NCBI RefSeq assembly: GCF_006345805.1
Contig: NC_042997.1
Coordinates: 163,680,001 to 163,744,000 of the forward strand
Length of the DNA: 64,000 nucleotides
Direction: 5' to 3'
DNA from: Octopus sinensis
Lineage: Eukaryota
Below are positions 1 to 10,215 of this stretch, one piece after another. How positions within the stretch are numbered: position 1 is the stretch's first letter; each line of letters begins with the position of its first letter. The notes below the pieces were generated by a model, which ran no database searches, was not told the origin of the DNA, and was given only the letters and a program-made list of their open reading frames with translations. The position numbers and the translations under genes are program-made.

Positions 1-14
1 GCTTCAACACTCAG
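1..14 (+). CDS. SVIL: Supervillin exon, 3' end only (cut by the window edge), encoding ...FNTQ
   Basis: gc TTC AAC ACT CAG|GTATTT donor followed by AT-rich intron. A phase 0 join to exon 17468 gives (R)FNTQ-PVTSEEM, matching the repeated supervillin RxxTQP(I/V)T motif (human RFRTQPITS, RYQTQPVT, recalled from memory). Confidence 0.7.
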
Positions 15-256
15 GTATTTAATATTTAAATTTGCTATTTTTGTTTCCCTTTTTTCAAAACAATTTTTTGATATTTTGATTTAAATTTTAAAAAGAAGCA
101 ATAACTAAGTATAATAAATGATACATGCTGGGGAAGGTATCTGCATTAGATTGTTTCCTGTATGTTTTATGGTTCTGATCATGTAGAAGTGCAAAAGTGT
201 AGAAGAATAACAAGAGTGAGACAGATTCAGCAAATTTATGTTGTATTATTAATCCA

Positions 257-474
257 AAGGCTGTGAGCTGGCAGAATTGTAAGCACGCTGGACAAAATGC
301 TTAGCAGTATTTTGTCCGTCCTTATGTTCTGAGTTCAAATTTCGCTGAGGTCAACTTTGCCTTTCATCTTTTTTGGATTGATGAAAGTACCAGTTATGCA
401 CTGGAGCCAATGTAATTGACTAGCTCCCTCCCTCAAAATTTTAGGCCTTGTTTCTATAGTAGAAAGGATTATTA
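257..474 (+). mobile_element. tRNA-derived SINE (family 2)
   Basis: GAGCTGGCAGAA head and GAGTTCAAATT B-box-like motif; homologous copies on the minus strand at 36260-36835. Confidence 0.7.
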
Positions 475-689
475 ATTCACTGGACTATGGTGATCTAAAA
501 TAGGAGATAGAACCTATTGTTAGCTGGGTATCTGATGCCAGCAATTACATGCTTCATTCAAAAGCACTACATGGTTATAATTGAACTTGGGACTAACTTA
601 GAGTAGCAACATTAGCTATTAATGTTTGTAGATTAGGTTCTTCCCTCAGATTCAGCATTGAACTAGCTTTAGGTTTTGTTGGGAAGAAG

Positions 690-909
690 TTTACTCTTTC
701 AGCATTTAGACTGGTGATATCCAGCTCAAATATTCTACCTATTTTATGTCCAGATTCAACCTCCATGGCTATCCTACAATGTCATTCTAAAAATAAGTAA
801 TCACAATATCAAAATCTCAAAGCTGCAAAACAATGCATCTTTAGTTCAAAACAGTGGGAATAAATAAGCATTATGTTAGACAGAGTAATCTGAATTCTTG
901 AGGATTTAA
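690..909. mobile_element. Degenerate MITE with piggyBac-like ends
   Basis: Ends tttactctttcagcatt ... gaattcttgaggatttaa resemble TTAA-CCC/GGG-TTAA termini; a related inverted partial copy at about 29270-29412 ends in gctaaagagttaa. Confidence 0.4.
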
Positions 910-1809
910 AGAAGTCAAAAGACTAACATTTAGCAAATCTCACACTCAATGGAAATATCAATGAAGAATTTCTTTTCATTTAAAATATTTAACATATTTT
1001 GCCTATTCATTGTAATATTTATATTAATATTTAGATTATACACTTCTTTTTATATTCCTTGAATATTTATAAACATTTGTATTATAAATTTGTTCCCCTG
1101 TTGTACATAATTAGCACATATATTTGTTTACTTTCAATCTTTTGTACTGCATTGAAATTCAAAATTTTTTGTTATCCTTGGTACAAATGAAGAAAGGAGC
1201 ACTGAACTAAATGCCTTATAGTATCTAGTGTCACCTCCCTATGTTCTAGGTTCACATCTTGCTAGGTTTTAGGTTTACTTTCAACCCTTTTTTGTTGATG
1301 TATTCAGCCCAAACAAAAGCATTTCTTTTACTTACCCAAATCTTAAAAAAATTATTTTAGCACATAAAAATTACTTTGGAGTGGTACTCCTTTCACAAAT
1401 AACTTGATCTGAAGTAAAATAATATATATATGTAAAAGGAAATTCCAGTTAACCATATAAAAACACTCAAATATTATTACATTCACTTACATTTATTTGT
1501 TCATAGTGTCATATTGTTTGAAATATCAAAAGGTTTTGTCATCTTCTGCAAAATGATCACTGACACAGTTCATCTATATCACATAGAAAATTGTTTTATT
1601 ATTGCAGGTTATTTGTGTGCGGTCAAATATGTAACTATGTATGTGTGTGTATGTTGTATATATAGGCATGTATGTATTTATATATGTACAATGTATATAT
1701 TCACATTTATGTGTATATATCTATATGCTTATATATGTATGTGCATATATGTATATGTGTTTGCATATGTGTGTGCATGTGTATGCATATAAATGTATAT
1801 TATCCATGC

Positions 1810-1844
<35 letters not shown>

Positions 1845-1845
<1 letters not shown>

Positions 1846-2003
1846 AGGAAGGTCCAACAGGATCTGATGAGTTAGAGGACTGCATTGCACATGATAAAGC
1901 AGACATTAGAGTCACATGCAGTTCTTCAGTATGTTGGATTCGAGGACCATCCAACCCATACCACCAAGGTGGAAGATGAATGTTAAATGATGATGGTGGT
2001 GAC
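1845..2003 (+). mobile_element. RTE-LINE-type 3' tail fragment ending in (GAT)n
   Basis: ccatccaacccat...gttaaatgatgatg end shared with the RTE copies at 37571 and 44077. Confidence 0.55.
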
Positions 2004-2008
2004 ATATA

Positions 2009-3225
2009 TCAGGTTGAGTAAAAAATAAGCAACATTTTGAACCATGAAGAATTTGTACTGGATCTTTGCAGGGTTTTGAATTTAAAAAAAAAATTTTTCT
2101 GAAGTTATCAGATAATACAGACATAGACTTGCCCAAATGCATCAATAAATTAACATTGATATTTTTCTCACTGTTGTTACAATCATCTGAAATAGAACTG
2201 ACAAAGCGCAATCTTTGAACAATTTTGCTATTCAACTTCAAAAAAGGGCATAAAGCAACTGAAACTGCTCACAATATCAATGAAATATTTGGTGAGGAAA
2301 TGCCCAATGAGTTATCAGCTCAAAAATGGTTTAAATGATTTTGCAGTGGAGACCTGAACCTTGAAGATCATGAGCATAGTGGATGCCCATCTGTCATTGA
2401 TGATGTTCAGTTAAAGACGGTCATTGAGAAAGATTCATGTAAAACCACTTGAAAACTGGCAAAAGAACTTCAAGTTAGCCAGAAAACTGCCTACAATCAT
2501 TTGCATGTGATCAGAAAATCAAAAAAGCTCGATAAATGGGTACCACATGATTTGAATGAAAATCAGAAAATGCGCAGATATGAAATTTGCTTGTGACTTC
2601 TCCATAATCAGACCGTTCCATTTCTCGAATGTATTGTAACCTGCAATGAAAAGTGGATTCTGTGCAAACCCAAACACTTCAAAAAGAAGGTTATGGTGAG
2701 TGTTTGGTGATGTACTGCTGGATTCATCCACTATAACTTCTTAAAACCTGGAAAAAAACCATTACTGCAGAAACATATTGCTACGAAATTGTCAAAATGA
2801 ACAAACAATTGCTACTTCGCTGTCCCAGAGGGGTCAACAGAAGAGGGCCAATAATTCTTCATGACAATGCTTGACCACACGTTTCGCTAATGACTCTCCA
2901 GAAATTGAGGGAACTTGGCTACAAGGTTCTTCCCTACACAGCTTATTCCCCAGACTTTTCTCCTACCGACGACCACTTTTTCAAGCATCATGATGCTTTC
3001 CTATGAGAGAAGGAGTTCAAAAATCAAACTGATGCTGAAAATGCATTTAAAGTGTTCATCAGCTCCAGAACTCCAGATATTTATGTTACTGGTATAAACA
3101 AACTTGTAACTCATTGGCAAAAATGTGTTGATTGTAATGGTACTTTGAGGAATAAAATTTCTGCATTGTTGAAATATATGGTGATGAATTTCATGTTTCA
3201 AAATGTTGCTTACTTTTTACTCATC

Positions 3226-3229
<4 letters not shown>
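2009..3229 (+). mobile_element. Full-length, decayed mariner transposon (Tc1/mariner, Hsmar1-like)
   Basis: Inverted termini TCAGGTTGAGTAAAAAATAAGCAACATTTTGAA / TTCAAAATGTTGCTTACTTTTTACTCATCCTGA with TA duplications. Transposase motifs WVPHDL (2537-2554), VTCNEKW, LHDNA and YSPDFSPTDDHFF are present with stops, frameshifts and an ATG-to-ATA change at 2192. Confidence 0.93.
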
Positions 3230-3279
<50 letters not shown>

Positions 3280-3284
3280 CACAC

Positions 3285-3341
<57 letters not shown>

Positions 3342-3382
3342 GCCAGCATATTAAAAAATACCTTTAAAGGTTAAATTTATAA

Positions 3383-3850
3383 ACAACTTATAAACAAGGG
3401 CAAAATAAAAAAATTCTAATGCCAAATATTTTTTCAAAAAAATGTTATCCCATATTAGATGTAAATTTAATAGTGTTCACTTCCGGACTCTCTCACTCTA
3501 TGAGAGTTTCAGTTCGAATCGCTCATGTCTCGAGATGTGCTGGAGATTTTCTATTTTGGATATATTTGGGGTACTTAGGTCTGCTCATGACTTAGTGCTT
3601 GCTTCATTCGTGGGTCTGAGTAAGTATTTCATTTATGTCTTACGTGTTTATCGCTGACGAGGAGAAAATTCTTATGAATTAACTCTGAAATTGGGACCAA
3701 TACGATGATAACGGAATGTTTTAGAAATTTCTGTCGGCTTACTTTGAGATACGAGTTTATAGTGATAAATTATATGGTTATTGACATTTTGTCTATTTTT
3801 GGCATATTTGGCATTAGAATTTTTTTCTTTTGCCCTTGTTTATAAATTGT
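3383..3850. mobile_element. Foldback element with 47-bp inverted termini, carrying a hammerhead ribozyme (Penelope-like or retrozyme-like)
   Basis: 3383-3429 versus the reverse complement of 3804-3850 match at 45/47; flanked by TA microsatellites; no ORF. Confidence 0.7.
3643..3713 (+). ncRNA. Type I hammerhead ribozyme
   Basis: CUGACGA 3654-3660; helix II GGAG/CUCU extended by AAUUC/GAAUU; GAA 3687-3689; helix III AUUG-(GGAC)-CAAU; cleavage triplet AUA (3700-3702); helix I AUCG/CGAU plus further pairs. Confidence 0.75.
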
Positions 3851-3862
3851 ATATATATACAC

Positions 3863-3931
<69 letters not shown>

Positions 3932-3946
3932 AACCATGAGTATGTA

Positions 3947-3991
<45 letters not shown>

Positions 3992-4247
3992 TGTCTGTTT
4001 CTGTAATGTAAAATTGTCAGGAAATTATTTGTCAGGCAGGAAATCTCTATATTATTTTTATTTATTTGTATAAAAATTTTCTTGTTTTTACAGATATAAA
4101 TCTGCTTAAGTTATTTCATTTTTGAAAATATACCTTGTATCACATTGTAACTTTACACATCTTAAAATTTCAGAAATTACTTTGTCGTATAATTTTACAC
4201 ATCTTCACACAATATATTTATATATATGTATGTATGTATCTGTCTAT

Positions 4248-4439
4248 CTGTTCTATATTTAAGAGATGAGGAATTATGTACTTTATTTACATTATTTACA
4301 TTTGATGGATATTTGTCCACATCTTGTTTGTTGTTAACACAATGTTTTGGCTGATATACCCTCCTGCCTTCATCAGGTGTCTTGGGGAAATTTTGAACCT
4401 GGATTCTCATTCCTTGGGGAAATTTCAAACCTGGATTCC

Positions 4440-4498
<59 letters not shown>

Positions 4499-4859
4499 TC
4501 ACTGCCTGGAATCAAACTCAGAATCTTGGGGTTAGTGGCCTGCACTCTTAACCATTACGCCATATACCCATGGGCAATTATGGAGTGAATTTTAGGGCTT
4601 ATGAATTTAATATTTTCCTATTCTTCCTTAATATCAGTTCCCATATGTTATTCATATCTGCACTTGGTCTGCTTAGGGAGGTTGTTGTATCCTAGGATAT
4701 GTGCTGCTTCTTTTAGTTTTTATATTTTCCAATGATGTTCTCTGTCTCTTATTTTAACTTCATCCCACGGGGGGAGGTGGTCTCTATTTTTCCATACATG
4801 ATCACAGAGAACAACTCCCTCTGTGGGATGAAGTTAAAATAATAGACAGAGAACATCAT
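4248..4859 (-). mobile_element. Penelope-like element 3' remnant (GIY-YIG C-terminus and 3' region) with an inverted 5' segment
   Basis: The minus strand from 4803 reads [37 protein letters not shown]. 4823-4859 is an inverted copy of 4732-4768 (36/37). A decayed hammerhead core lies at 4336-4381. Confidence 0.7.
4336..4381 (-). ncRNA. Decayed minimal (dimer-type) hammerhead ribozyme
   Basis: Minus strand GACAC-CUGAUGA-A-GGC...GCC-AAAAC-AUU-GUGUU. Helices I and II are intact, but G12 and the palindromic helix III G appear changed to A, both at CpG sites. Confidence 0.5.
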
Positions 4860-4862
4860 ATA

Positions 4863-4921
<59 letters not shown>

Positions 4922-5400
4922 ATGTATATATGTATATATACATGTATATATGTGTGTATGTATATATGTATATATACATGTATATATGTGTGTGTATATA
5001 TGTATATATACATGTATATATGTGTGTGTATATATGTATATATACATGTATATATGTGTGTATATATATGTATATATACATGTATATATGTGTGTGTATG
5101 TATATATATGTATTATATATATATATATGTATATATATATGTATATATATATATATATTATATATATGTTATATATATATATATTATATATATGTATATA
5201 TATATGTATATATATATGTATATGTATATATATGTATATGTATATGTATATGTATGTATATATATATGTATATGTATATATATGTATATGTATATATATA
5301 TATATGTATGTATGTGTATGTATATAAATATATATATATGTATGTATGTATGTATATATATATGTATGTATGTGTATGTATATAAATATATGTATGTATG

Positions 5401-5487
<87 letters not shown>

Positions 5488-5844
5488 TATGTATATATAT
5501 AGTATGTATATATATGTATGTATATATATATATGTATGTATATATAATATGTATATATATATGTATGTATATATATATATGTATGTATATATATGTATAT
5601 ATATATATTATATATATGTATATATATATATGTATATATATATTGTATATGTATATATATATATGTATATATATATATGTATAATATATATATATTATAT
5701 ATATGTATTATATATATATGTATATATATATATAATATATGTATATATATATATTATATGTATATGTATATATATATGTATATATATAATGTATATGTAT
5801 ATGTATATATATATAATGTATATGTATATATATATGTATATATG

Positions 5845-5909
<65 letters not shown>

Positions 5910-6048
5910 ATATATATATGTATGTATATTATGTATGTATATATATGTATGTATGTATATATATATATTATGTATGTATATATATATATGTATGTATGTA
6001 TATATATATATATATATTATATATATATGTATATATATAGTATGTATG

Positions 6049-6084
<36 letters not shown>

Positions 6085-6309
6085 TAATATATATATATAT
6101 GTATATATTATATATATATATGTATGTATGTATATATATATATGTATGTATGTATATATATATATGATGTATGTATATATATATATGTATGTATGTATAT
6201 ATATATATGTATGTATATATATATATGTATGTATATATATATATGTATGTATGTATATATATATATGTATGTATATATATATATGTATGTATATATATAT
6301 ATATGTATG

Positions 6310-6340
<31 letters not shown>

Positions 6341-6367
6341 GTATGTATGTATATATATATGTATGTA
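4860..6367. repeat. About 1.5-kb compound (TA)n/(TATG)n/(TG)n microsatellite
   Basis: Directly visible; source of the many Y/I/M/C/V pseudo-ORFs. Confidence 0.97.
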
Positions 6368-8414
6368 TAACTTAGAATAACTTAGAAAGGTTTTTGGCCA
6401 GTATTGGCCCAGGCCATGTCTAACTTAATAGCACCACCTGGCGAAGTCTTTCAGTTCAGGATTTGGGCACCAAGGCCCATTCGAGCAGAGAGTTATTGTT
6501 TGCAGAGACATATCCGGGTGTGGGTGGTTTGTCCGGTACTGTTTGAAGGAATTTGTCCAAAGACTTCTTGAATTTTGTGTGGTCAGTTTCTTTTTTGACG
6601 TGTCCTGGTGTAATGTTGAAGAGAGCGGGTCCAATTGAGGTGAAATAGTTGTGCCGTATTGTCGTTATGTGATGCGATTTAGATTTTTGTTGTGGACGGA
6701 TGGCACGTGGTCCAAGCCTTGGATGCATTTTGAAGGTGATGCCAACATCATTCGGACAGTGCTGATGGAATATTTTCCACATCATACAGATAATGTAGCG
6801 TTCACGGCGTCGTTGGAGTGAATACAATTTCAGCTTCTCTAGTCTACCCCAGTAGTCAAGGTCTGACATGCCATCTATCTTTTTTGTGATTGACCTTTGG
6901 GGAGCTTCAATTCTCATAATATTTTGTTTTGTGTAGGGAGACCACAGTGGACAGCAGTATTCAAGGTGGGGTCGGGCAAAAGTGGAGAAGAGAAGGATAA
7001 TAGCGTGGGAATCTCTCGACTGGAAGGTTCTGAGAATCCAGGAACACATTCTGCGGGCCATGTCAACTTTGCTGCTTATATGTGTAGCCCAGCTTATGTT
7101 GTTGTCCACTGTTACTCCCAGGTCTCTGATGTTGTTGGATGCCATGAGAATTTCTCCAGAAGGAAGAGAGTATGGGAGTTTCAGAGCGTCCTCCCTTCCA
7201 AAGTGGATCAGTTCGAATTTGTCTTCATTTAGCAACATGTTATTCTTTTCCGCCCATTGGACAACAGCCAGTAGGTCTGACTGAAGGTTTATTCGGTCAT
7301 CCACGTCATTGATGACCTTCTGGAGCTTGGAATCATCAGCGAAGGTTCTGATGTTGCTGTGTTTGATGGTGTCAGTAATATCATTTATGTAGATGATGAA
7401 GAGAAGTGGGCCCAACACAGTGCCTTGTGGGACACCACTGCTGACTTTGGCTGGGCTGGATTTGACTCCTTCGACTACAACATGTTGGGTTCTGTTAGAG
7501 AGGAAGCACTTGATCCATTGCAGCAGCTTTCCAGTGACACCAATATTGGACAGCTTTCTCAGAAGGATCTTATGATCAACCCTGTCAAAGGCCTTGCTGA
7601 AATCAAGGTAGATGACATCAGTGTTGGAACCCTCTCCCAAGGCTCTCAAAATGTCATCAAAATGATGCAGTAGCTGCGTCAGGCAATCTCTCCCATTACG
7701 GAATCCATGCTGGTTGGGGTTCAGCATATTATGACTCTCAAGGAAGTGAGTCATACGCGATCTCAGAACCCTCTCAAATACCTTGATGATATGAGAGGTG
7801 AGTGAGATTGGACGGTAATTCACGGCAAGCGATTTGTTTCCTTTTTTGAAAACTGGGACAACAGACTGGGATAGAAGGTCTTCTGGTATATATCCAGCAT
7901 CCAATGAGTTCCGCCACAGATTGGCTAGAGGGGGTGCAAGTTGGTTTTGACACATCTTCAAGACACAAGCAGGGAACCTATCGGGACCTACTGCTGAATT
8001 ATGCTTCATTTCCTTTATTGCTGCTAAGACATCAGGAGCGCCAAATGTTATGTCCGATAAAGTGTATTGGGGAGTAACATCACTGATACAGCCCAGATCA
8101 GTCATATCAGGATTGCTGAAAACAGAGCAATATTGTTTCTGCAATATTTCTCCCATGGTTTTGGCATTGTCTTGAAGAGTACCATTTTCATCAATCAGAG
8201 GGCCAACAGTAGAACCAGTGACTCTGTGTTTTTTTGCAAATGAAAAGAACACTTTGGGATTGAGTTTGATCTTCTCAATGGCCCAGGCCTCTTCAGCTCT
8301 TCGCTGACTATTGATGATAGACATCATGTTGTTTTGGAGTTTATGTTTTTTAATCTCTAGCGACGAGATGGCAGTCAGGTTGGTGTGTTGCTGTTGACAG
8401 TATTTCAGCATGTA
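6368..8414 (-). mobile_element. 5'-truncated CR1-clade LINE, young
   Basis: Uninterrupted reverse transcriptase ORF; short 3' UTR with a GGCCA-ATAC-TGGCC hairpin; (TTCTAAGTTA)2 tandem tail at 6368-6387; endonuclease domain missing. Confidence 0.92.
6456..8414 (-). CDS. LINE ORF2 reverse transcriptase and C-terminal domain (partial)
   Basis: Motifs YRPISLTS, QHGFRNGRDCLTQL, YLDFSKAFDRVDH, GVPQGTVLGPLLF and FADD; no stops across about 650 codons. Confidence 0.95.
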   Translation of the reverse strand, partial: YMLKYCQQQHTNLTAISSLEIKKHKLQNNMMSIINSQRRAEEAWAIEKIKLNPKVFFSFAKKHRVTGSTVGPLIDENGTLQDNAKTMGEILQKQYCSVFSNPDMTDLGCISDVTPQYTLSDITFGAPDVLAAIKEMKHNSAVGPDRFPACVLKMCQNQLAPPLANLWRNSLDAGYIPEDLLSQSVVPVFKKGNKSLAVNYRPISLTSHIIKVFERVLRSRMTHFLESHNMLNPNQHGFRNGRDCLTQLLHHFDDILRALGEGSNTDVIYLDFSKAFDRVDHKILLRKLSNIGVTGKLLQWIKCFLSNRTQHVVVEGVKSSPAKVSSGVPQGTVLGPLLFIIYINDITDTIKHSNIRTFADDSKLQKVINDVDDRINLQSDLLAVVQWAEKNNMLLNEDKFELIHFGREDALKLPYSLPSGEILMASNNIRDLGVTVDNNISWATHISSKVDMARRMCSWILRTFQSRDSHAIILLFSTFARPHLEYCCPLWSPYTKQNIMRIEAPQRSITKKIDGMSDLDYWGRLEKLKLYSLQRRRERYIICMMWKIFHQHCPNDVGITFKMHPRLGPRAIRPQQKSKSHHITTIRHNYFTSIGPALFNITPGHVKKETDHTKFKKSLDKFLQTVPDKPPTPGYVSANNNSLLEWALVPKS

Positions 8415-8854
8415 TGACAAATGAGAAATGAGCCGTCAATACATGATGAAGAGGCTCACACTGATGTCAAACTTTCAGCTTCAGGTATACATATATATAG
8501 ATTGTTAGCCACTACAGACATATATGTATATATATATATGTATGTATATATGTATGTATATATATACATGTATGTATATATATATGTATGTATGTATATA
8601 TATGTATATGTTTGTATATGTATGTATATGTTTGTATATGTATGTATATATATGTAAGTATGTATGTATATATATGTATATGTTTGTATATGTTTGTATA
8701 TGTATGTATATGTTTGTATATGTATGTATATATATATATATATGTATGTATGTATATATATATGTATATGTTTGTATATATATATGTGTGTGTGTGTGTG
8801 TATACACACAAACTCACACAATGTATCTGTCTATCATCTCCCTTTCTATCTAAG

Positions 8855-8885
<31 letters not shown>

Positions 8886-8890
8886 ATATA

Positions 8891-8923
<33 letters not shown>

Positions 8924-8968
8924 CATAGAAGTAAATATATGGCCCAACGAAGTACCGATATTTACTGG

Positions 8969-9026
<58 letters not shown>

Positions 9027-9268
9027 TATATATAAATATATATATAGGGACAGTTTACGAAAAAAACAAAAGGCGAAGACAGGTGGTGTACAAAACAAAC
9101 AGATGTATTAGTATAATACATCTTTCTACAGAAAGGGACACAAAAAACAAGGAGATAAAAAATGTCTGTAGTGGCTAACAATCTATATATATGTATACCT
9201 GAAGCTGAAAGTTTGACATCAGTGTGAGCCTCTTCATCATGTATTGACGGCTCATTTCTCATTTGTCA
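8415..9268. repeat. Perfect 107-bp inverted repeat (8415-8521 / 9162-9268) around a microsatellite-rich spacer
   Basis: Base-by-base comparison shows the arms are identical; the left arm abuts the LINE 5' truncation point. Confidence 0.95.
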
Positions 9269-9300
9269 AACATTAATTATGTGTGTATGTGTGTGTATAT

Positions 9301-9650
9301 AGGCACAGGTATAGCTGTGTGGTAAGAAGTTTGCTTTCCAACCCTATGATTCCTAATTCAGTTCTATTATGTAGCATCTTGGGCAAGTGTCTTCTACTAT
9401 AGCCTAGAGCCAATCAAAACCTTGTGAGTGGGTTTGGCTGATGGAAACTGAAAGAAACCCATCTGTATTTGTACCCCACCATCATTTGACAACTGGTGTT
9501 GGTGTGTATATGTGCCTGTAATCTAGTAGTTCAGTAAAGGAATAAAGAAACTGATAGAATATGCACCAGGTTTAAAAAATAGGTGCAGGGCTCAAGATAG
9601 CGCCTCAACATTGCTGCAATCTAATGACTGAAACAAGTAAAAGATAAAAG
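9301..9650 (+). mobile_element. tRNA-derived SINE with CORE-like block (family 1), diverged
   Basis: ctgtgtggtaag head, cttgggcaagtgtcttctactatagcc central block and gaaacaagtaaaag tail. Confidence 0.8.
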
Positions 9651-9949
9651 CTATATATATATATATAGAGAGAGAGATAAATAGATAGATAAATATACAT
9701 ACATACATACATACATACATACATACATAGATAAGTTTTGGCCAGTATTGGCCCAGGCCTGAGGAGATGTAAAATATTGCACCTGTTTAAAATTTTACCT
9801 GATGATGGTGGATTGTATATTACATAACCTATGAATGCAATAATAAAATTCTATTTTTGTAAATTTTAGAAGCTATTTGCATTTATATATATATGTGCAC
9901 AAACACACACTCTTACATATATATGTATATGTGTGTGTGTATGCATATA

Positions 9950-9997
<48 letters not shown>

Positions 9998-10000
<3 letters not shown>

Positions 10001-10215
10001 TCATCATCATTTAATGTCTGTTGTCCATGTTGGCATGGGTTGGATGGTTTGACCAGGGCTAGTGAGCTGGAAGGTTACACCAGTCTCCAGTCTGATTTAG
10101 CATGGTTTCTATGACTGGATGCCTTTCATAATGCCAGCCACTCCAAGAGTGTAATGGGAGTTTTTATGTGCCACTGACATGGGTGCCATTTGCATGACAC
10201 CAGTATCTGGCTTGC
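9998..10215 (-). mobile_element. RTE-LINE-type 3' end
   Basis: (CAT)n-tttaatgtc...catgttggcatgggttggatggtttg, shared with other copies (also about 20050-20300, 23575-23810, 24745-24845, 39935-40165, 46290-46435, 55575-55790 and 60835-60925). Confidence 0.7.

Noticed and set aside
4195-4551. Poly-N, poly-I and poly-Y ORFs
   Set aside because: Produced by the (ATT)n tract at 4441-4494 within a Penelope remnant.
4749-6380. Long Y/I/M/C/V-rich ORFs (up to 374 aa), and similar ones at 1514-1875, 8421-9262, 9893, 42064 and 52014
   Set aside because: Translations of (TA)n/(TG)n/(TATG)n microsatellites, which lack stop codons in most frames.
6897-7968. Short ORFs overlapping the LINE
   Set aside because: Antisense or off-frame shadows of the reverse transcriptase ORF.
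6392-9759. 24-bp direct repeat read as a target-site duplication of a 3.3-kb insertion
   Set aside because: The LINE tandem tail lies outside the left copy, so the repeat is part of the element 3' UTR rather than flanking DNA.
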